Positions 1 through 11,806 of a stretch of DNA of 64,000 nt are shown here, one piece after another. Below the pieces are notes generated by a model. It made no database searches, was not told the DNA's origin, and saw only the letters and a program-made list of their open reading frames with translations. Source of the DNA: Acanthaster planci (Eukaryota); the NCBI RefSeq assembly GCF_001949145.1, contig NW_019091355.1, positions 3,454,646 to 3,518,645 of the forward strand, written 5' to 3'. Numbering within the stretch: position 1 is the stretch's first letter; each line of letters opens with the position of its first letter. Made by a program: the position numbers and the translations under genes.

Positions 1-168
1 TATATTACATTAAGACATGACTGACAATGAAGAACACTTTTTAACAGATTTATTGGGAATGCTCTTCTTTCATCCCCCCGTCCTGTCCCTAGCATTGATT
101 AAGGAAAACAGCCCTGCATCTCAAATATTCACTGAGAAGAACAACTGCCCGCCCACGAGTTTGCTTAC

Positions 169-1695
169 CAGATTTCTCAGATGCAGTGCAATAAGCAGCC
201 GCACAATGCTTCAAACTCCCAGGAAGGAAAAACTGCAAATCCTGGAGGGAGAGGCAAGCAAAATAAGAGATTCAAATGCACTGTTATAATCACTCCAAAC
301 TCTAAAAGGTTTGCATTAACAATCCCCTTCTTAAGCAGGCTCTGCATCGGAACTAGTGGTGGTCAGGGCAAGCGGCTTCCAATGCAAGCGTATGGTGCAA
401 GGTCAAATCCCCTGTCCATCAACATTCAATTCAACTAATCTTATTGCCTACTCTAAAAAATGTCACAAATCTTCCTCCTCAGATTATAAATCAAATCCTA
501 CATTAAACTACAAAACATTTCACTTTCTTTGCATCATTCACGAAGGATTGTTTCATAGAAATAAAATCCAGTAGGTCCGAATTTCCATCTCGCGAATAAG
601 AATTCAATGACTATGTAATGCAAGCATTGCTACTGATATAATTTGTAATGACACCAATACAATTCTTCAATAATGAAGTTCTTCCAGGAGAGATGATGAA
701 GCCCTAAAAACCAACTCTGAGGGCCGAAAAAAGTCACACAGGTCACAGCTTCACACTCTCACTCGTTCACAGGATAAAGCAAGAGTTTTTTTCTCAAAGT
801 TGGTGCTCGGATCCACTGACCTTCTGGATTCTGAACTGGAGAAAATATTAAAAGTTCTACTTTGATATCTCGGGTCCACCAACAATTCTACTGATATAAA
901 TGTAAAAAAAAATTAAAACTTTGATCCACTGTCAGAACAAGAGTGAAGTCCATGATTTCAATTTTGTGAGCTTTGGTCTTTGGCAGCTGGTGCTCATGGC
1001 AAGGGATGGACCTACCTCATTTTTTTTTTTTTTTTGAAAAAAAAATCCGTATTCTTCCCTCCGCCTTGAAACCCTTATTTGTTTTTCTTGAGACCACAGA
1101 AAATACTTCTTTGGGTTTTTTCCATCCTCCTTCACTGTGTTTCTTTAACAAGGTCAAAGCACCAACTTATATAAAAAAAACTGCTCGCCTGAATTAACTT
1201 TAGAAAGCAAATTTAACAGTATAACTACAACACTAGCCTAATTTAACTGCTGTCAACTTTCATTCGCATTGTCATGATTGTGAATGCGATAGTTGAGGTT
1301 TCTTATATTCATTTGAATTTTACTTCAAACTGAAATTTTAACATGTGCAACACCCTTTCTTTACGACTGGAGCATGGTCACATAGTTTAGTGCACACAAG
1401 GAACTAAAGGATATCACTGACCCCTCTTCCGCCCACACGCCCCCAACCATGCCGACTGTACACGTTAAACATGCAGTAGACGAAGCGTACGGCACTACTA
1501 CCGGCATGACCGGTGTACAAACAAAGACAATTTACCCGGAATATTTAATAAAATCAGGGTTTCTGAAAGATAAAAATCAATCCTTTACAACAGAGTGATA
1601 CTGCTCACCCGCTTTTCAGACTTTTTGACGGCAGACAGGGCAAACAAAACGTTCTGTTTGCAGCGTTCCACACGGAGTAGACTTCGGAACGCCAT
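169..1695 (-). CDS. MCU: 5' part of a probable mitochondrial calcium uniporter gene (coding exons 1695-1609 and 241-169; continues off the window start)
   Basis: Exon 1 (87 nt) starts at aaaATGGcg and ends at a GTGAGC donor. Exon 2 (73 nt) has a strong pyrimidine tract plus CAG acceptor and a GTAAGC donor. Phases are compatible (0 then 1). Peptide MAFRSLLRVERCKQNVLFALSAVKKSEKR|DLQFFLPGSLKHCAAAYCTASEKS is basic and presequence-like, and AAAYCTASEKS| resembles human MCU GAVYCSTVVPS|D as I recall it. It is divergent from MICU1, as in vertebrates. No conserved MCU domain lies inside the window. Confidence 0.62.
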
Positions 1696-1900
1696 TTTCA
1701 CGCTTTGAAGTTAGTTTTAGATTGGTCCCCACCGGTAGCACAAACATCTATTATAATAACACGAAAGGAGTCAATAACCAGGCCGCATCTAAAACCCTGC
1801 CCATTTTAGTCTGGCACCTTAATGTAACTGGTGTGGGGTTATTTTCAAGCTGTAAAAAGTGAGGAATTGTGGTGGCTTTCAGGTACCAGGTACCATTTCT
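1696..1900. promoter_or_regulatory. Probable bidirectional promoter between MCU-like gene and MICU1
   Basis: Short interval upstream of the minus-strand ATG (1695). It has a YY1-like CGCCATTTT overlapping that ATG, a CCAAT box (ATTGG 1721-1725) and plus-strand donor-like sites (GTGAGG 1859, CAG/GTACC ~1883). The MICU1 ATG exon is preceded by an acceptor near 2796-2799, implying a non-coding first exon around here. Confidence 0.45.
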
Positions 1901-2810
1901 CCAAGCTGAGGATCAGTCATGAAAACTATAGACTAGGCTGAACACACAGGTACAGTTTTTCAACCATTTTATTTAGCGGCACAGGTTTCTCCAGGTGAAA
2001 TAGTGGCAAAGAATCTTGGAAATAAAGCTGTGTTTAATGTATGGTGTTAAGCTTATTTCTATCTCTGGGAGAGTTTTTATATAAATTTCAATTTTACACA
2101 AGCATGAACAGATGAAAGTTGTTCCACCTGTCCACGGTCAGGGTCATTGTATTGGATCTATCATCTAGTTTGTTGTAGTCGAGTACACACATGTAATGAT
2201 GTAGACCAAATTTGGACTCAACAAAATGCTCTTTTCAACATTCATGAGTCGCCAGGTTGTCATGGTTGTGACATTTGGTTTTTGGTTGTGACATTTGGTT
2301 TTTGGAGTAGGCCTAACGTGTAATGTTAGGCATGGGTGATTGTCACATCTTTTCATGTGACATGTAGGCCTAGGCCTACTAAAATTAAATTGCACACCCT
2401 TCACCCACCAAAATTGTCAAATTTCTTTCCCAGCCTGCCCCAAACAACATCCAAGATTAGAGATCCAAGATCAAATCAATGGAATTTTGTTTTAACTTAC
2501 ACTTGTCAGTGTCTAGGAAAAGATAAATTCACCAGTTTTTACTGTTTATCCTGTGCTGTTCACGGAGCTTCTGTAGTCATTAGTATCAGCACATATGTTC
2601 TGGTTCTTGACTAGTTTAAAGGAACAAGGTAATGTTAAAAATACTTCGCCAGAGCTTGGTATAAGACATGCATCCGTTGAAGCTTTCGATTCCCAACATT
2701 TGGGGCTGTAAAATGGCTTGTTAAAAAAGTGGCCATGGTCTTGCCACAGTTGATATTGAAACCTAAACGAAGTTGCTCTTTTTTGTTCGTTCCAAGTAGA
2801 AACAAAAACC

Positions 2811-5800
2811 ATGTTGCGGTCATTTGGGAGGCGGACCCTTCACGTCATCGTCCAGCAGCAGTGGAGAAGTCTCACCAGCACCCAGCATGTCGGTCGGTAT
2901 CCGTCTCATGTCAGACGCATTCTGACCCTCCTTGGGGGCGGAGCTGGTCTACTCACAGCAGGGCTCGCTTTGGAAAGGTCAGGATGCACATCTATGAGCT
3001 CAAATAAGATCATTCAAAATCTTTTGACTGGGTCGTTCCAGTGTGACTATGTCGCACGTGCACCTTGTTAAAAGGCAGTCGATCAGTTGCCAAACTTAAC
3101 TTTGCACCTGTATCTTGCCCCTAAGTAAGTACCGTTGGTTCAGTTACTGTGACATATCTGAGGAATTGATTACACCCATCCACAAATTTTGCAAAGATCA
3201 TTATTATCTGAAGTTGGGTACCAAATTCATTGAATGGTCCATATTCACACTGAAAAAAGTTATCAGAATATTTGCGTGATAATTGGATATTTTCAATCTT
3301 TCAGTAAATTTAGGAGAGTCCTATGTATGGTATGCATACGCTTATGCTCAAAGAGTTTTGTCGTCGATGTCATCTTCATCACGATGACTCATCCACTTAA
3401 GGACATTGCTTGTTATCTTAAGGTCTCGCCAGTCGCTCGCGAAAGAGGTTCAGCAAACCAAGGCAACTGACATCGCCCGGGAGACAGAAGAGCACAGCGA
3501 CGAGGAAGGAGATGGAGAAGAGAAAAAGAGAAAAGGGCCTGGATTCAGAGACAGAAAGGTAAATGCAATTAATGCTCAACATAGGGCCCAGTTACACAGA
3601 CAGCTGGTAGCGTTAAGCAGTGACAATATGCATTGTTCCAATGCGCAAACTAATTCTCTGTGCAAATTGCAGTGTTAAGTCATTATGACTTTCTACAATA
3701 ACAGGGCATGCCTCGGGAAGAATCAAAGTCAGAACAAGGAAGCATTCAACCATGCCAGGTGGTCTGTGACATTATACCTAACGAGACTGCTCATTGGCCA
3801 GAACATACTAGGCACGGAATCTTTGAAAGATCCCTCGGGGGAACACAGTGGTTTATCGCCTTATTGCAAAAGCTTGTTAAATTTTAGTATAGAGAGAGCT
3901 AAGTGTGGAAGTTCATTATTATATCTACTTACTTCACAGAGCCATTTACAAAAAAAAATGCAACAGATTGTGGTTTGGGTTCAAGGGGATTTTTTTCAGA
4001 ATGCCTGTTAAAAAAAATTGCATTTAACGTATTTACAAAGATTTAATTCAATTGGTTAAAAGATTTGGATAGAGTTCATTTATGATTAATTTAACATTAA
4101 TTTATTAATATTATATATTGATATTAATAATTTAATTTAATAGTGTGTGTTTGTACCTTTAATAGATAATCGAGTACGAGAATCGCATCCGTGCCTACTC
4201 TACGCCGGACAAGATATTCCGTTACTTTGCCACCCTGCGAGTTTTCACTGAGGATGGGATGTCAGATATATTCATGACGGCCGAAGACTTCATCCGCACC
4301 ATCACCCCAGACCAGAAGCAGCCAGACGGTAGGTTATTACCCCCAAATCTTCCCAGGAGATGCTTTTGGGGTTGTTTAAGTCTCGTTGAAGGCAGAGTGC
4401 AGGCCTGTTGGCTTTATGTGACAGGCTTTGATGCTCCTTTGAAGTCTAGTTTACAAAAACAATTGACGTTTCACGAGCCAGTGTCGCTTGTATGACTAGT
4501 GCTCATATCCGTTTTCAACTGAGAATATTTCTGTGCCACCTCCCCTTAAGATATGCCAGTCTGTCGTAGGTTGCTCCTCAGCTAATGCTGTTACACATTT
4601 TTACTTCTGGCTGGAAAGAGGTAAATTGGGGTAAAATGTCTTGCCCAAGGCCACAACCTATGGCTAGCAGCTAGGTTCAATCCTTTGACCCTGTCATCAT
4701 GAGCTACAAAATGCCAAGGGAATTCTGCTTCATTCAAGCAATCCTCAGACACTCTGGTTTTAAAAAAAAAAATCTCTTGACAATAATCCCTGGTATTTTT
4801 CTCTCACAGGTTTAGGCTTGGATCAGTTCAAAAAGGTTGAGGCAAAGGTGCGTAAAATCTAAGAAAACGTTTCATTTTTAGTTACATCATAACTCTACTA
4901 GTTGTAGTTACCTTTCTCTAGGTTTGATCATTTTTCTTGCTGACATCCCTTACACTCCCTTTTACAGAGATGTACATCTTGATTTGTATCAACAGTTGTT
5001 TAGATTTTTTTAATCAACACATTCAGATATCAAAAGGTCCCTTGTTTTTTTTCAGTTTATTATCACTGTGAAAGCCCTTCTCCCAAATATTTTAGATTTT
5101 GAAATTGGCTGTTAGCATTTCAGTTTTTAGTTTTCTGTGATTTTATCGTTGAAATGGCATTCAACTGCTTCAACTGCTCCAATTAAATCCTCCTGACTTA
5201 AAAGGGTCCATTAAGATCTCCGTGGACAACCTGTTAATTTGTTGTTTAAAGTATTCATTTTTCAATTATAGTTAATAGAAGCCACTGCTCACGGGCCCTT
5301 TAACTTTTTTCATGGGTAGGGGCATTATTTCGGTATAAAAGCAAGTATTTGCTGCGTAACTTTGAATTTCCTGCCAGAAATTGAACTTGAAAAGGAAGAG
5401 TCTTCATGACAGGGACGATCACAGCATCTTCAGCATGTTGGGAGACAACGGTCTCATCTCCTTTGCTGACTACATGTTCCTCATCACGGTCTTGTCAAGT
5501 GAGTCCAACAGTAACAAGACAAAAAGATGGGTTCGCTAAATTTGATGTCACATCTGGCTATTTCGCTGGGCACTGCTAGAGCCAAGATGAGCCCAATTTC
5601 CTCCCGGGGGAAAGAATGAATATTCATGGTAGACTCACTAAAATTCATGTTAAATTCATAAATATTCATCATCGACTTATGACTATTCATCTGTCTGTCG
5701 TTACTTAGCTCCAGAGAGGCATTTTGAGATTGCTTTCCGTCTGTTTGACATCAATGGAGACGGTGAGGTATCCTACGATGAATTCCAACAGGTATACATA

Positions 5801-8469
5801 CATGTACCTTCATTTGTTAGGAACATTGCTTTAATACAGAAAGTTAAGTGATTTTGCATTCCAAATTTTGAGGAAGGACAGTTTGGAGTCATCCAGTTCG
5901 TTGGTGGGGTCGGGGTTGTTCATTCTATTTGAAAGCTTTTGTCTCAGATGAGTAACGGAGGCTTGGGTGCCGGCGTATTCAAAGTTGTTTTTCCAAAAGT
6001 TCTTTAATATCAAAGCCGTGTTTGTAGATCTCGGAGGGAACACTTAGTTTTTCTGTCTCTCTTCCTTAGTCAACCAAGTTTCTTTCCAGGTTTGTGTTTG
6101 CGATAATGTTGTGCTTGGCTCAGTGTTTTTTCACTTTGTTTGAATATTGGCCATGACTGAGTGCGTTTCTGTACCGTACTTCTCTCGATGACGTTGTATT
6201 GTGAAGGAGCATAAGTTGTTTGTGTTGAAGTGAAAACGGCACAAGATTAATGTGAAAGTTTTGTGATGTTCAACGCAGTGCCTTTGTTGTTTTAGGTGAC
6301 GGACGTCATCCGAGCTCAGACGGCAACCGGGAAGAGGCACCGCGACCGCAAGACCACCGGCAACACCCTGGACAAGCCCTTCAACAGCTCCCTGGACACG
6401 GTCTTCTTCGGCCCCAACCTGGACAAGAAACTGACCTTTGAAACCTTCCGCAAATTCTACAAGAAACTCAACCAGGAGATCTTGAAGATGGAGGTGGGCC
6501 CATTCGCCTCTTTTTATTGCGATGTGCTGAAACTCGTTCATTATGTTGGCTCCTAATTTTCACCCTCCCCCTCCAAATTGAAGCATGTTTGCATGAAGTA
6601 GCTAATAGCCAAGAGATGTTTCATTGGTTTTTTTCATCATAGTTTGACAGATACGAGCCGGTGGACGGCAGAATCACGGAAGTGAACCTGGCCAACTTCC
6701 TGCTGGTCTACGCCAACCAGATCCCCAAGCCCAGGAGGTCTCGCATGAGGAAGAGAGTCAAGAAGAAGTTTGCCGACGATGACGCCGAAGTTAAGGTAAT
6801 TGGCTCCTCTTCTGTGGCCATCTAGGGGGGGGGCCATGTAGGTTCATTGAGGATACTTTTGCCCGGTGGTTCCGGTGTTTGGCCCACAAACGATGGTACT
6901 TAGGTTCAAATTCCACAGGTTTTGTGGTGTTTGTGGTTCCCCAGGTAGACACTTAACCACAAGTGGGTCTCTCCACCCAGGTTATAAATGGGTACATTTG
7001 AGAATAGAAACAAAAATTGCACTTATCTCTAGCTGCTACAGAAAATTATCTCATGGCCCAGTGAGCAGGGGTAATCATTGTGAAGCGCTTGGCAACTTTG
7101 GCTGGTGCATCCCGTGCCAAGCACGCACAAACCTGTGCGTAAACACAATGGGTTTCCACCAGGGGAATGCAGTTGCTACATAAAGAAGACGTGCCGTTTC
7201 CTTTGCCCTGCACGGAGTGGCTATGTTGAACAGTTTAGAACCCTCCATGTTGTCGTACCTCAGTGGAGTTGGCACTAGGGCAGACCGGAGTTGTGAAAGG
7301 CCAAGGGGTGACATCTTCACCGCTTTGACCTCATCATGTATTCACTCTACAGGGTATCACCTTCAAAGAGTTCATGGACCTCCAGTCCTTTCTGAACAAC
7401 ATCCGGGACATCGATACAGCACTGTCTTTCTACCACGTAGCTGGTGCAGCTATCGATCCAGGTAATGGACAACCGTCACCAGATGTTTGCTAAAATTTCC
7501 TTCCTCGTGACAAAAAAATGTTTTTGCGGTGTATACAGAGTAACTTTGCCTTGAGCTGTAAATCTGCGACATCCATGTTTGGTCACCATGTAAAAGGAAT
7601 GCCTTCATTCGGCACAGTACACATGGTATCCGCTTTCAGCAGAGGCGCTCCCTCGTCGGTTCAAAAGAGTCGCGTTGGTTGCTAGTGTTCAATTTGTTGG
7701 TAGCGATGCGACCGTGATGCATTCATTTCCTAGTCGTTCGTGAACCAGGGAAGTTCAGTTCTGACCAAAGGAGCCTCCGTTGCTAAGAGAATAACGCCCT
7801 TTCTTGGTCCAGCTGGAGGCTCATTAAACTGGAAGACCTTTGATGAGTCCATCCTTATCCTAAACTTTGACGTCCCACATACGTAAATCAATCATGCAAG
7901 AATGTGGGAAATATCTTCACAGCCAGAGGCTGCATTGCATGGCATTTACAATATTGGAAAAAGAAAACACAAATTGAAATTTACATTTGGGGGAAAAAAA
8001 TAAATTAAATACTGATGTGTGATTTTTCCTTATGCAGAGACGTTGCGACATGTGGGTAACATGGTTGCCGGGGTAAAACTCAGCGATAGGGTGTTGGACG
8101 TCGTGTTCACTCTGTTTGATGAAAACGGTTAGTACCAGTATTGCAGTCCATGCACAGAATGGCATTGAGTTTGCATTGTCTTGCTGTTTGTATCAAAGAA
8201 CCACGTACTGTGCAAAACTATGTATGATGGCTACTCGTTGAATTTTTTTCCCCTGCGATTGATATCTGTGCATCCTTTTGACGCTCGCCTTCCTCCCCCC
8301 ATCTCATGCAGATGACGGCAAACTGAGCAACAAGGAGTTTGTGGGCGTGGTCAAGAACCGCGTGCAACGGGGGCTGGACAAGTCCAAGGAGCTGGGGCTG
8401 TCGCGCATCCTGGAGGCCATGTGGAAGTGCGCCAAGAAGACGCAGATCTTCCCCAGTGCCAAGAGCTAG
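2811..8469 (+). CDS. MICU1: Mitochondrial calcium uptake protein 1 (EF-hand gatekeeper of the uniporter), 11 coding exons, 471 aa
   Basis: Exons 2811-2977, 3423-3558, 4166-4328, 4810-4847, 5378-5498, 5709-5791, 6296-6493, 6643-6795, 7353-7461, 8038-8127, 8312-8469. All introns are GT-AG with consistent phases; total 1416 nt. Hallmarks: [54 protein letters not shown]-hand [40 protein letters not shown]-hand [15 protein letters not shown]-terminal AMWKCA cysteine. Confidence 0.96.
4560..4710 (-). mobile_element. Decayed tRNA-derived CORE-type SINE fragment (MICU1 intron)
   Basis: AAATGTCTTGCCCAAGGCCACAAC is the reverse complement of the CORE-like GTTGTGnCCTTGGGCAAGACA motif. Boundaries approximate. 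Confidence 0.45.
6860..7150 (+). mobile_element. tRNA-derived SINE with CORE-like body (MICU1 intron)
   Basis: B-box-like GGTTCAAATTCC (6903-6914) followed by CACTTAACC...CTCTCCACCCAGGTTATAAATGGGTAC, a motif typical of marine invertebrate SINEs. Boundaries approximate. Confidence 0.55.
7626..7825 (+). repeat. Dispersed repeat family A, copy 1 of 3
   Basis: Aligns by eye with 32700-32895 and 38617-38823 (shared TCRTCGGTTsAAAAGAG, TTTGyTGGTAGC, TGAACCA, CAAAGGA, GTCCAGCT..nGGC blocks). Confidence 0.75.
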
Positions 8470-10635
8470 CCGAGGGAGACATCTCGGGACGTCCGTGCCG
8501 ACGGGCAATAAATCCAAAACGCACTGACGCCTCACTGTCTTTGGGGGTGTGTTGAGAGTGTGCAGTACTTTTGCAATCATACATGTCACACCATGCAAGA
8601 TCCTAATGTGCAGTTGTCAGAAATTAGACCACGTTAAAGTCCATTATTGTGCATGTTAGTTCCTGTGTAATGATATACATGGCTTGCGTGCTACAAACAT
8701 CAAAGCTACACTCTTTGAATTCCCCAGGAAAAAAACGAAGAAAGTAAACATTTTGAGAGAAACCGTTCAGAGAAAAGCTTCTTTAGAATTCTTAACGTTC
8801 AGTTCAAACCTCCAATCTTTTCATGTGTCCATCGCCAACTCGCGGAATACAACTCGGCACGACATAACATTATTTCGTCTCGCAACCGCCGCAAGTGTTC
8901 GTGTTTCTCATGACATTCTCCCGTTCCTCAGAAAAGCTGAACCAGTAGTTTCTGTTCTTTACCGAAGCAGTTTGGATTTGAAGGGACTCTTTGTACTTTC
9001 ATCTTCCAAACAGATTATCTTGTTAGTGAAGAATATTAAGTCTTTTGTCTTATGGAAAGGTCTATGAAATGCAGTTCCTCAGACGATTGGAAATTATTTG
9101 TACAGCGCAGGGACTGCTTTTTCTGAGAGCCATAAATTTTCTGGCTTGCCTCGCGTCAGTCACTGTTTGTGAGCTGTGCAGTTTTGTCAAATGGGTCATT
9201 CAATAAATTTGAGGTCCAAAAGTATGACATTTTTGTGTCCCTGTTACACCTGACCTATCTAATCTGACATGGAAATATCACCGGAATTGATTTCAAACTA
9301 TTAATATTTGTTTGGCAGGTAATTTGCATTAATTCATCACTCTTGGAATTAGAAAATACGTTCTGAACTTACAAAATCATAGGTCAGGTGTGACAGGGAC
9401 ATGAAAAAAAAGGGACCCCTAATTTGTAGAATGACCCAGAGGTTTGTCAGATTTAGTACACAGGGTTGTTAGGCAGTTCGCATTCTTTGCATATCACATA
9501 CTTACAAGTTTATATCACAGATAAACTATTGTATTTATTGAATATTGGCACAACCCCATGATATCCGTTGCTAACATAAGCAGATTTGCTACCAAATTTT
9601 TGAGGGTGATTAGAAGGGTTGTTTAATTAAGGACTGCTAGTTCAAGTTAAGACCAAGCCAAGTTTTGGCTCACTCTCTTGGAATTTTCTTGGCACTCTCC
9701 CTCCCCTGTCCCCGGTTACAGTTTTCTCTGCAGATAATTGTAGCTGAGAAGAAAACAATGAGGTCTTTGAAAAGAGCCCACGGCAATACTTGTAGGTGGT
9801 GAATTCCTTATTTTGTTGGATTGCTGTATCTGATTAATGATGGTAATTTTAGGCATTCATGTAGGCTGAATCCAGCAAAATAGGTCAGATGTTACCTGAG
9901 AGCCTCTTTGGAGTTAAAGTCTTTTATAAGAATCTTGTACAGTGTATTAAATCATTAGAAATCCTCATGATTACACCCATGTAATGTTTCTGTTTGGTAG
10001 GATACCAAACGGAGCGATACATCAAAACAGAGAAGTTCAGTGTGCTCAAGTTCTAATTAACTCTTAAAAAAAATTACTGATGAGAAAAATGGCCTTTAGA
10101 CTCCGGCGTTGTTTAGAACTCTGTCATCATGGTCATTTTCCTTTTTACAAGTGATTGTTTGGCGTTCATGTAAAACCCCCCCAAAGCACTTATTCTTGTG
10201 AAATAAATTTAGGTTCACTAATAAAGCACTAAATATATGTGCATAATCAGAATTTATTTCACAGTGGCAGTTTCACTATTTTTGAATTTTAGTTTTAACA
10301 AATGTTGGCAAGATTCTTGATGAAGTACAAGCAAAATGGTTACGACTGACCGTTTAGGCAAGACATCAAGGGTATAGAATGCTGTATTTTGTGTCTGAGT
10401 TAGAACTATGTTGATCTCTTGTGCACCACATTACAAGAATGTAATGACTGTACGTGTTGCACTGCACTGTGTGAGTTTAAATTCTTGAAGTTGATAATAG
10501 TTCTTTATGATCATGATGATGAGGGTATCAGTTGGTTATTTATGTTTTTGTAAAAAATATTTCATTCAAACAATTTTAGTATTAAAAAGTGAGTAAAAGT
10601 GATATTGTAAATATTAAACAAGTTTGTCTTTGGAA
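8470..10635 (+). other. MICU1: Probable MICU1 3' UTR (~2.1 kb) ending near ATTAAA signals
   Basis: AT-rich non-coding run after the stop. ATTAAA at 10581-10586 and 10613-10618, TGTAAATA at ~10606, and GT-rich sequence downstream. The end point is inferred; an earlier AATAAA occurs near 10202. Confidence 0.5.
9193..9437. mobile_element. MITE family B, copy 1 (long imperfect TIRs)
   Basis: Termini GGGTCATTC...GAATGACCC and subterminal TGTCCCTGTTACACCTGACCTAT / ATAGGTCAGGTGTGACAGGGACA. A second copy lies in opposite orientation at 34149-34405. Confidence 0.8.
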
Positions 10636-10847
10636 GTCTATTTGTGGAGGTTGTGCGCATCTCAAAAGTAAAAAAAAACAAAAAAAGCACAAGATTTACG
10701 GTTCTTCCTTGCTATTTTTGAAGAGTTCATAGCGGCCTCTTTCGGCAGACGATAGATGACACTTGAGGGCGCAACGCACGTCGTCTGCGCTGCAACGAAA
10801 GAGCTGCTGGAGACCGAGAATGTCGAGAGGGCCTATGGGATCCGTAT

Positions 10848-11556
10848 TGTGACGCCGCCCCCCCCCTCCGACGAAGGCGAGGGCGCCCTCTTCCTCGAGG
10901 TGCGTCGGACGGCACGCCGGAGAGTCCCTGAGCGGCTAGGGACGAGTCCGTTGGGACCTAGCCTAGTGTGATTGTGCCTAAGTCCGAGTGGTGCGTGTGT
11001 TGTTGAGGGGCTCGGTAGCTTGAGGGGCTGATTGGTGGTGCGGTATAGTTCCTGATACTGAGGAATTGTGGTCGATGCAAGGGTGGATTGCTATCTCGTG
11101 ACGTGAGTTGCGTGTAGTGCAGCCCTGACAATAAGCCCCGTAGACTTGCCAAAGTCCCTGAGTCGGCACTGGATGCCCACAATTAATTGTGGTGTTCGCT
11201 GCTCTGGGCGAAGTCCGGTCACGTGTAATCACACAGTCTCCCCGTCAATAGCGCCCTCTACTGGTGTATTGGTTGAGTGTGTCGAATAAATCAGCCGCTT
11301 ATTAATTGTTGTACATAAATCAGGTGTCCGGGCGAAGTTTATTTCAAGTCAGGTCTGTCTGGGTTACGTCATTAAGTTTCGACCAATCAGATTAGCCATC
11401 ATCTCGACGAAGACCAACTTTCTTGGGGGACGGTATATACTTCGGTCCCAACGGACTCGTCCCTAGCCGCTCAGGGACTCTCCAGCGTGCCGTCCAATCC
11501 GACGCGCCTCGAGGAAGAGGGCGCCCTCGCCTTCGTCGGAGGGGTGCGGCGTCACA
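10848..11556 (+). repeat. 5' LTR (709 bp) with ~110-bp terminal inverted repeats
   Basis: Starts TGTGACGCCGC and ends GCGGCGTCACA, 3 nt before the PBS. Internal AATAAA at 11285-11290. Arms 10848-10958 and 11444-11556 are reverse complements apart from a C-run variant, two substitutions and a 5-bp indel. The left boundary is inferred from the inverted repeat because no second LTR is available. Confidence 0.85.
11251..11264 (-). promoter_or_regulatory. CTCF consensus motif inside the LTR
   Basis: Reverse complement CCAGTAGAGGGCGC matches CCASYAGRKGGCRS at all 14 positions. Confidence 0.5.
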
Positions 11557-11559
11557 AAT

Positions 11560-11577
11560 TGGTGTCAGAAGTGGGAT
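11560..11577 (+). promoter_or_regulatory. Primer binding site complementary to tRNA-Leu (CAA-type) 3' end
   Basis: TGGTGTCAGAAGTGGGAT is the reverse complement of ATCCCACTTCTGACACCA, the 3' 18 nt of metazoan tRNA-Leu(CAA) as I recall it. It lies immediately after the LTR CA end. Confidence 0.88.
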
Positions 11578-11806
11578 CATCCTCGAAGGTTTTGTCTTGA
11601 GTTTGGAGTTCTAGTTTCCTGTGATTCGATTGGTCGATGCAGCAGCTACTGTGGGCATCAATTGCGTTAGCCTTGGTTTGCATTGTGTTGGCTGTCATTT
11701 ACTTTTGGTACGTTTGGCTTGTTCATCGGAGAGATAGGAGGTACTTTCGTTGGTTGAGGTCTGCAAGATTTGATCCGCCGGCTGAGTACGAGGTTGAAAC
11801 TGCAGT

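Noticed and set aside
1422..1455. Possible extra 34-nt minus-strand exon in the MCU-like gene
   Set aside because: Weak acceptor, and including it shifts exon 241-169 into a frame with a stop.
1494..1510. ZNF143/SBS-like ACTACTACCGGCATG motif near the bidirectional promoter
   Set aside because: Several mismatches to consensus and it lies in the first intron; too weak to call.
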